DNA from: a virus
Lineage: Duplodnaviria; Caudoviricetes
DNA length: 64,000 nt
Virus record (IMG/VR): IMGVR_UViG_3300042379_000183
Location: 1,376 to 65,375 of that record
Strand: one strand, 5' to 3'
Shown here: positions 1 to 9,526 of the stretch, piece after piece
Layout: each line of letters begins with the position of its first letter
Numbering within the stretch: position 1 is the first letter of the stretch
Translations under genes and position numbers: made by a program
The notes under the pieces: generated by a model
Databases searched by the model: none
What the model was told of the DNA's origin: nothing
Seen by the model: the letters and a program-made list of their open reading frames with translations, nothing else

Positions 1-175
1 GTTGTTTATCATCTATTTTTACAATAGATACAATTAGTTTTACAGATCGTATGATTACATTTTCATCTTGTGAATAAAAAACGTGTCCTAGCTTTACCTT
101 GTATATAGTTGCAAAGCGACCGTCTGATAGAACTACTTCAGCTTTCTTATCGGATTGGACAAGCACCGGTTGCAC
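1..175 (-). CDS. Possible hypothetical protein, truncated at the window edge
   Basis: Open frame from a GTG at 175 overlapping the RNR end (…KKAEVVLSDGRFATIYKVKLGHVF…) and running off the window; start uncertain. Confidence 0.3.
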   Translation of the reverse strand, partial: MQPVLVQSDKKAEVVLSDGRFATIYKVKLGHVFYSQDENVIIRSVKLIVSIVKIDDKQ

Positions 176-2051
176 ACTCGTCGTTGCTTTCGAACTCAGC
201 TGATTTGATTGAAGAGATAATCCGAGTTTTTGCAACCAATTCATTATACTCTTTCTCTGTTATTTCTTGGTAAGGCGCTTGAATAAAGCCATGTTCAGAA
301 TGCAAAAGAAAAGAAAGGCTCTTGTGATTTTCAGAATAGTTTGCCGCAAGATACTCTCTAATAATTGGAAGTTCTTCTTTACGATAATAGATAGTGCAAG
401 ATACACTATTATCAGACCAATCTGTTTGAAGACGTTTGATCTCTTTCAGTTGATCCAATGCAGTCATGTTATTTGCCAATTTAGTTCCTTCGGGATAGCT
501 AAATGGAAATGTAACAACAACTGTATTATAATCTTCGCTACTATCAAAATTCTTTACGTATTCAATTGGATAGCCTGCACCTCTACAAACTTCAACAAGT
601 GGATGACCTGCTGCAATTCGAATTCTACGATACATATATTGTGCATATGCAGGGTGAATGCCAGGTGTAACTCCAGGTAACAAACTCAATGTACCGGATG
701 GCTTAACCGTAGTTAATTTAATTGAAGGATTGAAGTCCTTAATCTCACTATAACGATTATCAAAATCTCTCAAATACTCATATCCTTCACGCATCCATGA
801 ATTTTGTTCTAATGTTGCTTGAAGAATACCGGTCAGACCAATGCCCATTCGCATATTCTTGTGTACGATTGTTTCGGTTTCAATATTATGCGATGGCAGC
901 GTTAGTGAGTGTTTATTAATTCGATACAGCAATTCAAGAATATCAAGGAACTCTTCTTTACTCTCTACATTAGGGAGAAAAACTTCAGCAAGACAACATG
1001 TCTCGTATGGAGCAAGAGATTGCTCAGCGCAGGGATTGTATCCCATAACTTCTGGATCAGGATACTCTGTTTCTCCTAGTCGTCCGACCTTTCTAGACAA
1101 GCTAAGATTGATCAAACCATAAGGTTCGCCTTTACCTTCATAACCGTCCCAGAAGTACTCATGTAAATCTTCAATCTTTTCACATGCAACACTGTTATTA
1201 GACATTGCACGCCATGAAGGAATGCTACCCATATCCCAGCGTTTAGCTAGCAAGAATTCAACATCATCAGGATCACCAATTGCAATTTGTGCACTTCTTC
1301 GAACATTACCAGCCACAATGATATGACCAATAATATTCATAATATCAAGTGCATCAATTGGTCTAATCTTCTTACCATGTCTTTTCATGAGAATTTCAGA
1401 GATCTTCCCAATACCCCAACAAAGATCTTCAGGTCCTGATGCAACACCGCCAAAGCCTTTAATTGGGGTTCCTTTCCCTCGGATAGCCTGTGTTGAATAA
1501 GTAAAGCTACCTTTCTCTTTTGTTTCAGAAAGGAATGCAGCCTTCAATGTCTTACCTAGAAACTTAACCCAACCCTCTCTAGAGTCTGGGATAATATAAT
1601 CAGCACCACCATGATCTACACGTACTGGTGCTTTAAACCATTCTCGAACAACTGGAAGTTTATTAATATACTTCGTCTGTAGATTATAACCAACACCTGA
1701 GCCTAGTGCCAGCATATCCATTGCCCAACAGAAAGGCCTAATTGGACTATCAATAACTGTAAATGCACAATTCTGCAAAGAAGCAAGGCCTAACCGATCG
1801 ACTGTTTTTGTACCTAGTTGCCAAAGAAACCTACCAGCAACTGAGCACTTCAACTTAAGAAAATAATCACGTACTCGATCTTCTTCATCAGCTGTAAATC
1901 CAACATTCAGCTGATCATGACAGGCAGCAAGAATTCGTTCAATTGTTTCTGGAAACTCTTCACTATCTTCTCTGCCTTCAATCGGACGTGCGTAAGTTCT
2001 TTTATAAGTTAAGTAGCCAACAGTTGACCAAGGGGTTTCTATTGCATTCAT
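147..2051 (-). CDS. nrdJ: Class II (adenosylcobalamin-dependent) ribonucleoside-triphosphate reductase
   Basis: YKRTYAR N-terminus, AGRFLW, NCAF, VAGNVRRSAQI, catalytic NPCAE, TTVKPSGT, C-terminal CATGACPIR cysteine pair; 634 aa, monomeric RTPR size. Confidence 0.93.
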   Translation of the reverse strand: MNAIETPWSTVGYLTYKRTYARPIEGREDSEEFPETIERILAACHDQLNVGFTADEEDRVRDYFLKLKCSVAGRFLWQLGTKTVDRLGLASLQNCAFTVIDSPIRPFCWAMDMLALGSGVGYNLQTKYINKLPVVREWFKAPVRVDHGGADYIIPDSREGWVKFLGKTLKAAFLSETKEKGSFTYSTQAIRGKGTPIKGFGGVASGPEDLCWGIGKISEILMKRHGKKIRPIDALDIMNIIGHIIVAGNVRRSAQIAIGDPDDVEFLLAKRWDMGSIPSWRAMSNNSVACEKIEDLHEYFWDGYEGKGEPYGLINLSLSRKVGRLGETEYPDPEVMGYNPCAEQSLAPYETCCLAEVFLPNVESKEEFLDILELLYRINKHSLTLPSHNIETETIVHKNMRMGIGLTGILQATLEQNSWMREGYEYLRDFDNRYSEIKDFNPSIKLTTVKPSGTLSLLPGVTPGIHPAYAQYMYRRIRIAAGHPLVEVCRGAGYPIEYVKNFDSSEDYNTVVVTFPFSYPEGTKLANNMTALDQLKEIKRLQTDWSDNSVSCTIYYRKEELPIIREYLAANYSENHKSLSFLLHSEHGFIQAPYQEITEKEYNELVAKTRIISSIKSAEFESNDECATGACPIR

Positions 2052-2069
2052 TAATTTCCTCTATTTCTA

Positions 2070-3716
2070 TTAAATTGATACAAAATCTTCTTGTATTTCC
2101 GTAGTAGAGCTTATTAAGCGTCCAGTATCATAAATGTATTGAGAGCCCAATACATTGCCAGTAAGACCAGTGTAACGAGACTTTAGAATTCGCATTCTTA
2201 TTGCGTTTCTTTCTGTCTCTTTAATTGCTGTAAGGTTTCTCGCAAAGGAAATAATATCAAAAGAAATTTGTTTAATAGAACCAGAGCCTCTAATGTCATC
2301 AATAGATGGTAGTTTACCTTCTTCAAATGACTTGCCGCTACTAGGTGCTTTACGTAAGTGTGATACTAAACCAATCCAAACTGGATGTCGCTTTACAAGA
2401 CGAAGTAAATCATTCATCACTTTATCTTGAGCTTCATTACCAGTTAAGTTTTCAATGCCCTCTGAAACAAGAATAGTAATGTGGTCAATAAACAAGTACT
2501 TACAACCCGTAAGACACATATACTCGAGCTGATCAATAATACTATTGTCATTTATAGAACCTTGGTGATCTAGTAGAATTACTCGATCTGAAGCAAATAC
2601 CCTATCAAAACCATCTTTTAGTTCTTCAGGCGTTAACTCTTCTTTTGCTGGATTTTTATTTAAAACCATTCCAGCTAATTTTCTTGCAGTTTCAGCAGGT
2701 GATTCTTCAAGACTTACAACACCAATCTTTTCTTCTGTTGTCTCTAGCAAGTGTAGCATAATTTCTCTAAGCACTGTACTCTTTCCAGAGCCAGTTCCAG
2801 AGATAAATAATGCAATTTCTCCAGCTCTCATTCCTTTAAGCTTTGTATTCACACCACCTAAGCAAGGCGGATACGGTACTGAAGTAGATTTATTATAGTT
2901 CTGTAACGCAGCCCATAACTCTTCTTTTCCAATAATACCTGCGGGAACATATGCTGTAGCTTCAAATACACATTGTAAAAGACGATTGCCATCGAACTTC
3001 AATAGGACTTCATTTGGATCTTTACAAGGAAGTTTTGCAATTCTTGCCTTATCGATTCCAATAATCTTAATTGCTTCTTCTGTAGCTTTCTTCCCAGCTT
3101 CATCATTATCTAGGCATAAGATAACTTCATTAAAAGATCTAATCCAGTCTCTATTCTCCAACAATGATTTAGTCATTGATGCAGACGACATTGCTACAAC
3201 TGGATATATTTTCTTATAACGATCAAAAGAAGCTTGAGCAATACTTAAAGCATCTATTTCGCCTTCAGTAATGATTAGTCTTTTTCCACCACCATTAAAT
3301 TTAGTCTGTCCAAATAAGTTTGTAGACTTATTTAACCAAGTAAAATCCTTTGGTAGCTTTCTGATCTTATATGCTTTATTATCATCATACGGATAGTAAT
3401 GAGAATCAATTTCACCATTCTCTCCATAAGTTACTCTTACATCAAAGAATTCTGTAACATCTTTTTTAATGTTTCTTTCTTTGAAACCTCTAATTGGTAA
3501 CTCTTTTATTTCTTCTAAAGATAAATGTTTCTTAAATGAAATTTGCGGTGATGTCACTGTTTTCTCTACTTCAAAACTTTCTTCATTATCCTGCTTTCCA
3601 AAGAAACCTTGACACGAAAAGCAAAAGGAAGTGCCAGTATCATAAAGCTGACGTGCATCACTCGAATTACAATCTGTATTTAGACAGCGGAGATTCTTCC
3701 TTATTATTTTGCTCAC
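2070..3716 (-). CDS. T7 gp4-like DNA primase-helicase
   Basis: N-terminal Zn finger (C..DCNSSD…CFSC), TOPRIM (ITEGEIDALS, LDNDEAG), DnaB-type Walker A (GTGSGKST), FIDHI, VSHLRK, RGSGSIKQ. Confidence 0.93.
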   Translation of the reverse strand: MSKIIRKNLRCLNTDCNSSDARQLYDTGTSFCFSCQGFFGKQDNEESFEVEKTVTSPQISFKKHLSLEEIKELPIRGFKERNIKKDVTEFFDVRVTYGENGEIDSHYYPYDDNKAYKIRKLPKDFTWLNKSTNLFGQTKFNGGGKRLIITEGEIDALSIAQASFDRYKKIYPVVAMSSASMTKSLLENRDWIRSFNEVILCLDNDEAGKKATEEAIKIIGIDKARIAKLPCKDPNEVLLKFDGNRLLQCVFEATAYVPAGIIGKEELWAALQNYNKSTSVPYPPCLGGVNTKLKGMRAGEIALFISGTGSGKSTVLREIMLHLLETTEEKIGVVSLEESPAETARKLAGMVLNKNPAKEELTPEELKDGFDRVFASDRVILLDHQGSINDNSIIDQLEYMCLTGCKYLFIDHITILVSEGIENLTGNEAQDKVMNDLLRLVKRHPVWIGLVSHLRKAPSSGKSFEEGKLPSIDDIRGSGSIKQISFDIISFARNLTAIKETERNAIRMRILKSRYTGLTGNVLGSQYIYDTGRLISSTTEIQEDFVSI

Positions 3717-3891
3717 TTGTAGTCCCTACTATATTCTTTAAAATAGATGCAATAAATGCAGTTACAAATGAAATAATAGCACAATTGATTGCTGTAATTC
3801 CATCAGCAAAAGCTAGGTAACCTGCTGTTAAAGCATAGCCAAGCGCAATTATTGCAAGCACTCCACTAAAAAATCCTAGAACTCTTTGCAT
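3667..3891 (-). CDS. Small membrane protein with two hydrophobic segments
   Basis: 74 aa, two TM-like stretches, AGGA RBS. Confidence 0.6.
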   Translation of the reverse strand: MQRVLGFFSGVLAIIALGYALTAGYLAFADGITAINCAIISFVTAFIASILKNIVGTTSEQNNKEESPLSKYRL

Positions 3892-3899
3892 TGCATTCC

Positions 3900-4397
3900 T
3901 TAAAAATTATGCCATTTACGAGCTAAATCTAATCTAGCCTTATGTCGTTCTGTAATGGTCTCTTTAACATTCCAAGAAACTTTTTCGATCAAAGTATTAT
4001 ACCACTCTTTAGATGTGGGTGCTTCAACTAAGCATAAAGACCATGTCTCCGAATATGATAAAGTACCTTTTGTTTTGTATTGCTCTATACAAATAAATTC
4101 AAATTCTTCTCTAGGACGAACTCTAAGTAATTCATTAAGGACCTTAGAAGAAGATGAATACTTCTTCCAGTTTGATTCTTTACCTTTATTTAAAGTTCCC
4201 ATTCCATAATAAAGCTTCTTTCCAAGATAGAAGCGTTGTAATACTTTATCACGTATAACATAAATAAAGCCTACAACACCTATTCCCATTTGTTCTCCAA
4301 AGCTCCAATGTCCATTTTGAAATGAATCTTTGGACTTTGTATTAACTTCGACTGACTTCGTTACCAAGGTTATTGGTAAAATTCCTTCGAATTTCAT
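3900..4397 (-). CDS. GIY-YIG-like nuclease-domain protein
   Basis: GFIYVI…FYLGKK…WKKYSSSS…E…YN pattern, as in phage GIY-YIG-related proteins. Confidence 0.55.
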   Translation of the reverse strand: MKFEGILPITLVTKSVEVNTKSKDSFQNGHWSFGEQMGIGVVGFIYVIRDKVLQRFYLGKKLYYGMGTLNKGKESNWKKYSSSSKVLNELLRVRPREEFEFICIEQYKTKGTLSYSETWSLCLVEAPTSKEWYNTLIEKVSWNVKETITERHKARLDLARKWHNF

Positions 4398-4590
4398 ATC
4401 TAGTATTCCATTTTTTAATTATTTGTTTTAACATGTTTTCTTTAGTGTTATCCGAGTAAGATTGTATCATTTTCAAACTACATACATTACAAGTAATTGT
4501 CCAATTTTTATGGTATAGAATATCTCCTAATAGAGCATCATGACCACAGAAAGGGCAGTGGATTAGCTTAACTCTTGTATTATCGGCCAT
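4342..4590 (-). CDS. Zn-ribbon protein, Lar (restriction alleviation)-like
   Basis: CPFCG…CNVC…KWNTR pattern. Confidence 0.55.
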   Translation of the reverse strand: MADNTRVKLIHCPFCGHDALLGDILYHKNWTITCNVCSLKMIQSYSDNTKENMLKQIIKKWNTRYEIRRNFTNNLGNEVSRS

Positions 4591-5432
4591 TGTTTAAAAT
4601 TAAAGTAATCGTCTTTATCTCTTTGAAGATGTATCATTTTAGCATTGGAAAGGAGATAATCTTTCCATTCAAACTCACCATATGCTAATAGATACTGCTC
4701 TACGACTTGCTCTTGGAAATCTTTCTCAGTAGTAAATGGAGCTAGAATCTTTGCAGCTTTTACTTCACCTACACGTGGCACTCCAGGAATATTATCAGTT
4801 GGATCACCTTTCAATAACTGCTGGTAGTAATGCCGCATAGCTTCTTCTTCACTTATTTCAAGAATTTCTTTCTTATGCATTAGCCAGTGTCGTCCTGGAA
4901 TACATTTTAGATCTTTATCAATAGAACATATAATGTAATCTTCTCCAATTGCTCTTGCTTCTTCTGCCCAAATTCTCATTAGATCATCAGCTTCTCTGCC
5001 ATCAGATTCAATTGCAAAGTCTTCCATAACAGCCAATTTTCTCAGAACCGGAACAAATGCGTTCTGCTTAGTAGGATCAGCATGTCTGTTTAACTTATAC
5101 TCTGGATACATTAGATTTCTAAAGTTACCAGGGCCTTTCACGGCCATAAGATATTCAGTACAATAAACTGTATCTAAAAGGTTTTGAAGATCTCTTTTAA
5201 GATTTTCCCACGATTCTTGTAAATAGATTCTATCTTCTTCTTTTGTATATTCAAATGCAACTCTCTTACCGTCATCATCTAAACTAACAAAAGCAGTTCC
5301 TTCTTCTATTCTTGCTTTCTTTTCCCATCTAGCTTTACAGGCTTGATAGCAGAGAACATCGCCATCAATTATTGCGATCGTCATCTTTTGGAACCTCACA
5401 AATGATAAATTTGTATTTAATTTCAGCATCAA
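4563..5432 (-). CDS. 5'-3' exonuclease / flap nuclease (T7 gp6-like); likely start at MTIAIIDGD
   Basis: IDGD, NFR…YKLNR, EADD, SIDKDL, GDPTDNIPGVPRVGEVKA helix-hairpin-helix. Confidence 0.9.
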   Translation of the reverse strand: MMLKLNTNLSFVRFQKMTIAIIDGDVLCYQACKARWEKKARIEEGTAFVSLDDDGKRVAFEYTKEEDRIYLQESWENLKRDLQNLLDTVYCTEYLMAVKGPGNFRNLMYPEYKLNRHADPTKQNAFVPVLRKLAVMEDFAIESDGREADDLMRIWAEEARAIGEDYIICSIDKDLKCIPGRHWLMHKKEILEISEEEAMRHYYQQLLKGDPTDNIPGVPRVGEVKAAKILAPFTTEKDFQEQVVEQYLLAYGEFEWKDYLLSNAKMIHLQRDKDDYFNFKQWPIIQELS

Positions 5433-5610
5433 ATACAGCGTCCTTTACTACTCCTTTTACTTTTCCAACAGAAAAGAAATTTCCAGTAGGTACGACAACA
5501 GCCGAGTTAAGTGGATACTCAACATCAGATTTATATGTATATGGCTTAGACCAATAGCCACGTTCATTAAATGATACGAAAATTGCGTAATTAGCATTAG
5601 TGGACATCAT
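5365..5610 (-). CDS. Hypothetical protein
   Basis: 81-aa ORF filling the gap between polymerase and exonuclease with short overlaps. Confidence 0.6.
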   Translation of the reverse strand: MMSTNANYAIFVSFNERGYWSKPYTYKSDVEYPLNSAVVVPTGNFFSVGKVKGVVKDAVFDAEIKYKFIICEVPKDDDRNN

Positions 5611-7465
5611 ACCAGTTATTTCCTATTTTAGAACCACCATCCATGATGGTAACATTAAACAATTTTGGGCCATCTATAAAAGCCTGTTTTCCAATTTGAC
5701 CTGCTTGTTCTGCAAATTCTTCTGGTACCATGAAATCAATTTCATCATGATAAAAGATACAAGGCCTATATGGAATTTTAGCTTCAGTTAACTTCTGTGC
5801 AGTTAACATTAATGCAGCTGTGCATGTAATCTTTTCTGCAGACTGTAACAAATAAACTAAAAGCTTATGTGTAGAGTCTACATAAATCTTATTACCTGCT
5901 AATGATGGAATATAACCATCACCTAACTCTGAAGTTGCTGTATATACAGTGTCTAGCTTATTCAATAGTGTCTCAAAGCCAGGAACAGCTTTAAGGAAAC
6001 CATCTTTTAATTGTTTTCCTTTTTTAAGATTAAGTGTACCAAAAATATAACTCCACAACTTAGCACCAGAAGCCCCAAACAGAAAAGCATATAGAATCCT
6101 CTTTGCTTGTGCTCTTTTTACAACATAGTCTTCACCAATACTTTCAAGAACCTTTGTCAAGACGTCGGCATTATATTGATGAATATCTCCATTGAGAAGA
6201 GTGTCAATATACTTAGGATCGCCAAGATAATGTGCCAAACCTCTTGCTTGATTACCTGCGGAATCACAACCAACCAATTTCCAACCTGGGAGACATCCGA
6301 ATAAAGAACGCATTTCTTTACCCCAAGCACTATCCGCAGAAGGCACATTGACAATAATAGAATGGCGAGACCGCATACTAGGAGTACCAATGCCCATACA
6401 GTCGCCATGAAGCATTCCTGACTCATCTGTGTTTTCAATCCATGTCTTTAAAATTCCGAATCGAGACTTAGCTGTAAGAAATTGAAGATATAGGATACCA
6501 TCACCACCTAAGAACTCAAGACTATCCTCTGTTATTTTAGGAGACGCCTTAACTTTCTTTCCAGTCTCTTCATTTAATTTAAAGTTCCATTCTGTTGGTT
6601 TCCATTTATTTCTAAACAAAAACACTTTAACATCTGCAACAGAATCTAGACTCAAAGGTTGAAACTCAATTCTACAGTACTCACCTTCAACTAATCGTTC
6701 TTCTCCTTCATATCCAGACCAAGGATCAATATCAAACCAATTAGCAGTATGAACGTCATAGCAACCCTTTAATGTCCACTTTGGTTTCTTAGTATCAACA
6801 ATTCCCTTTTTAAGATCTACTGCAACTGTCTTTGTTCCAAGCTTTGAGCTTAGCATTGTATATGCTTTACCCATTTCTACTTCAAGTTTTTTATAAAGAC
6901 CTTCTGCAGCCTTCATATCAAAAGGCCAGCCTTTCAAACTAGCTTCTGTAGACCACTTAGCAGCTGCATGCTCTGAACGAATATAATGCTTTAATTGTGG
7001 TGCCTTAACTGCTAATTTTTTATATTCAGCAATTAATGTTTGATACACCTTTACCGTGAGTCTAGTATCTTGAATACAATAGTCAATCATTTCTTGACTA
7101 CATTTTGTCCAGTCACTGAATTCACTTTTAGGGAAATCTAAGGCTTGACCCCATCTTTTTAAACTATGACCTTCTGACTCAAAACGTCTATAGTTTAAAA
7201 CTTGAGAAAAGATTAAAGTATCTTGAAGTTCACATGTATCTGGAAACTCATAATTAAAAAGCTTCTTTAATACAAATACGTCATACCCTAAAATGTTATG
7301 TCCAATCGCCTTAGTTGCCTTATTAAAAAGCTCTTTCCAGCCAAAGTCATTTTCTTCAAAGACATGTACTTCATTCGTTTCAATATCGCATGCAGTTAAT
7401 ACCCACATGCGTGTACATTTGTTAAGTAAGTTATCTGATTCTATATCAAATACATAACTAGACAT
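5597..7465 (-). CDS. Family A DNA polymerase with 3'-5' exonuclease (T7 gp5-like)
   Basis: ExoI FDIESD, ExoII HNILGYD, ExoIII YCIQD; motif A GCDSAGNQAR, motif B RAQAKRILYAFLFGA, motif C YHDE. Confidence 0.93.
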   Translation of the reverse strand: MSSYVFDIESDNLLNKCTRMWVLTACDIETNEVHVFEENDFGWKELFNKATKAIGHNILGYDVFVLKKLFNYEFPDTCELQDTLIFSQVLNYRRFESEGHSLKRWGQALDFPKSEFSDWTKCSQEMIDYCIQDTRLTVKVYQTLIAEYKKLAVKAPQLKHYIRSEHAAAKWSTEASLKGWPFDMKAAEGLYKKLEVEMGKAYTMLSSKLGTKTVAVDLKKGIVDTKKPKWTLKGCYDVHTANWFDIDPWSGYEGEERLVEGEYCRIEFQPLSLDSVADVKVFLFRNKWKPTEWNFKLNEETGKKVKASPKITEDSLEFLGGDGILYLQFLTAKSRFGILKTWIENTDESGMLHGDCMGIGTPSMRSRHSIIVNVPSADSAWGKEMRSLFGCLPGWKLVGCDSAGNQARGLAHYLGDPKYIDTLLNGDIHQYNADVLTKVLESIGEDYVVKRAQAKRILYAFLFGASGAKLWSYIFGTLNLKKGKQLKDGFLKAVPGFETLLNKLDTVYTATSELGDGYIPSLAGNKIYVDSTHKLLVYLLQSAEKITCTAALMLTAQKLTEAKIPYRPCIFYHDEIDFMVPEEFAEQAGQIGKQAFIDGPKLFNVTIMDGGSKIGNNWYDVH

Positions 7466-7468
7466 TCT

Positions 7469-7978
7469 TTACTCTCCTAGTGAAGCATGTACATCTTTCG
7501 CAAAAATAGGTTTATCACCATTTTCAATATACATAATCAGATATTGCAAATAGAATCTTGCTTTCTTTGTCTCTTGTAGTTCTGAATCTTTTTGACCATT
7601 TCTATCTAGATACTTTCTAATTTGAAGCTCGAGAGCGCCCTTAAAGATATCAGGATTTTCGAAACGCTTTATTCTAGACATTGCATCTAGCCATTCAAAG
7701 CCTGCCAAATACTCTTTATAATGCTTTGGATTAATTGCAGTCATTTCATCTTTCTTCCATACGGCAGATCTTTCTAGCGTAATTCGCCAGTTTTCAAGAT
7801 CTTCAGGTGAATTAAGTACAGTTAAGATTTCGTAAGAATTTTGTTTCTTGATCTCAATTGTAAAGTCTAAGTCTTGGTTGTTTTCAACTATTCGTTCCAA
7901 CGCTAAAAAATCATATGTCTGGTATGCATAATGACTTGTCTTACGCCACTTTAGTCTATAAAAATATACAGGAATCAT
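7469..7978 (-). CDS. DUF3310 / T7 gp1.7-like domain protein
   Basis: INPKHY…KYLDRNGQKD…QETKKARFYL pattern in the C-terminal half. Confidence 0.6.
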   Translation of the reverse strand: MIPVYFYRLKWRKTSHYAYQTYDFLALERIVENNQDLDFTIEIKKQNSYEILTVLNSPEDLENWRITLERSAVWKKDEMTAINPKHYKEYLAGFEWLDAMSRIKRFENPDIFKGALELQIRKYLDRNGQKDSELQETKKARFYLQYLIMYIENGDKPIFAKDVHASLGE

Positions 7979-7993
7979 TTATTAATCCGATTT

Positions 7994-8027
7994 AAAGGGA
8001 GCTACCCTTTTACGAGTAACTCCCTTT
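7994..8027 (-). terminator. Stem-loop, likely intrinsic terminator after the SSB gene
   Basis: Minus strand GGGAGUUACUC-GUAAAA-GGGUAGCUCCC-UUU; pairs fully only on the minus strand (two G-U pairs). Confidence 0.65.
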
Positions 8028-8033
8028 TATTAT

Positions 8034-8528
8034 TTAGAAATCACTATTTTCAGTATCGTGCTCATCTACTGTTTGTGTTTCTGTCTCTCCAAATTCATCA
8101 TTACGTGCTTTAGCCTTATAGACAATATGCTTTGTAATTTGAATTCCCATAATTACAGAGGCAAGACCTTTGCCACCATCCTTACGTGGATATTCATATT
8201 GGAAGATACGAATGTTTCCAACCGAACCATTACCAATTGAATTAGGATCAATCTCTTCGAGTTTTCCATTAATAACTTTAATAGGAGAAGCCGATTCCTT
8301 ATCTTCCTTGATACTCTTCTTTCGAAGATTTACACGGAAATAAGGAGAACCTTCATCAGGCACAATTGCTTTAACAGGTAGCTGAAGCTCTTCCCAGATC
8401 TTCTTGATTGCTTTATCAGTTGTACGAATCTGACATTCCCAAGTGGGATTTTCTTTATTGAACTTGTTGTTAGGACGCTTTGGGTCAAGCTTGCAGAACC
8501 ACAATTCACAGTCTTTAATAATCGGCAT
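8034..8528 (-). CDS. Single-stranded DNA-binding protein (T7 gp2.5-like)
   Basis: OB-fold-like length, IGNGSVGNI motif, acidic C-terminal tail ending in Phe, at the head of the replication module. Confidence 0.7.
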   Translation of the reverse strand: MPIIKDCELWFCKLDPKRPNNKFNKENPTWECQIRTTDKAIKKIWEELQLPVKAIVPDEGSPYFRVNLRKKSIKEDKESASPIKVINGKLEEIDPNSIGNGSVGNIRIFQYEYPRKDGGKGLASVIMGIQITKHIVYKAKARNDEFGETETQTVDEHDTENSDF

Positions 8529-8561
8529 GTAATTTCCTTATGAAGTTAATTTCCTCGAAGA

Positions 8562-8580
8562 GGGTTAAGTTAACGGGTTG
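8562..8580 (-). promoter_or_regulatory. Class II repeated motif, copy 1 (putative phage-RNAP promoter)
   Basis: + strand GGGTTAAGTTAACGGGTTG; intergenic, upstream of the SSB/replication genes. Confidence 0.75.
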
Positions 8581-8594
8581 GGTAATCGTAACCC

Positions 8595-8888
8595 TTAAAT
8601 CTTTTCGTTAGAACCTGTACTATCAACTTTTTTATAGATAGAAAAGTCAATCTTATTCTTAGCTACAATACTAATATGTTTTGCAACAGCTTCATCGAAC
8701 TTATAAGTAAAGCGATTGTCCCAAGTTGTATCAATTTCAAGAGGTATACTATCCACAAGTGCATTCAAAATAGCTTCTGTAAAAGGAATTGCTATACCAG
8801 TCCTTGTGCCACCGACTGAAAGAATAATCATAAGATTAGAAGTGTTATCATTCATTTTCATTTTCCTCAAAAAGTGTATCCCATTCAT
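8595..8888 (-). CDS. Hypothetical protein
   Basis: ORF in a tightly packed operon; true start probably one of the internal Met codons. Confidence 0.55.
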   Translation of the reverse strand: MNGIHFLRKMKMNDNTSNLMIILSVGGTRTGIAIPFTEAILNALVDSIPLEIDTTWDNRFTYKFDEAVAKHISIVAKNKIDFSIYKKVDSTGSNEKI

Positions 8889-9054
8889 CGGGACTAATTC
8901 CAGTTATAATAAATTCACGCTCATCGGAAGGTGTATCAGGCATTGCATCCTGAATCAGCATCCCAGATTTCCAGTTGTTATACTGCTCTTCTGTTACTGA
9001 TATATCTAAAGTTCTCTCAAGACCATCTAAAATTGATTTACGAGTTATCAACAT
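8848..9054 (-). CDS. Hypothetical protein
   Basis: 68 aa, LIQDAMP…EREFIITGI..EW; GAGGAG RBS. Confidence 0.65.
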   Translation of the reverse strand: MLITRKSILDGLERTLDISVTEEQYNNWKSGMLIQDAMPDTPSDEREFIITGISPDEWDTLFEENENE

Positions 9055-9526
9055 TTAAATACTCCTCTACTTCGACATATTCACAATTATTATATGCAAT
9101 AGTTGCATCAATAGTAGGGAAGATATCTGCAATAATACGAGGTATCAAGTATGTATTTCCACCTCCATTATTTGTACATAGTAAGACATATACGAAAGTA
9201 TTATTTTCAATGTACTCACAGATATCAAAAGCAGTAATTGCTTCTGTTATATTATAGTATCTATCTAAGGTTTCATGAAGTCGTAATGTTTCTACTTTAG
9301 TTAAATCTTCTGGTGTTTCTATTAAATAAATACCACCACCAAGATCTACTTGAAAATTTGATCCATACTCTTCATCATAATAAACTTCAAAGTCTTCATT
9401 ATGTTTTGCAAAAGATGTTTCAACAATCTTTAGAAAATCAGGTGAAGGGCATCTCTGTCTTAACTCAACAAGATTATTACCAAGATCTATCATTTTATTC
9501 CTATGAGAAACAATACTCACTATCAA
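9038..9526 (-). CDS. Hypothetical acidic protein
   Basis: 162-aa ORF directly downstream of the RNAP gene. Confidence 0.6.
   Translation of the reverse strand: MIVSIVSHRNKMIDLGNNLVELRQRCPSPDFLKIVETSFAKHNEDFEVYYDEEYGSNFQVDLGGGIYLIETPEDLTKVETLRLHETLDRYYNITEAITAFDICEYIENNTFVYVLLCTNNGGGNTYLIPRIIADIFPTIDATIAYNNCEYVEVEEYLNVDNS

Noticed and set aside
3900-4397. Mobile homing endonuclease
   Set aside because: Only a short GIY-YIG-like domain with no evident DNA-binding tail and no interrupted host gene; kept as a CDS.
147-7465. Inteins or group I introns in RNR, helicase or polymerase
   Set aside because: The ORFs are of normal length and continuous, with no intein terminal motifs noticed.
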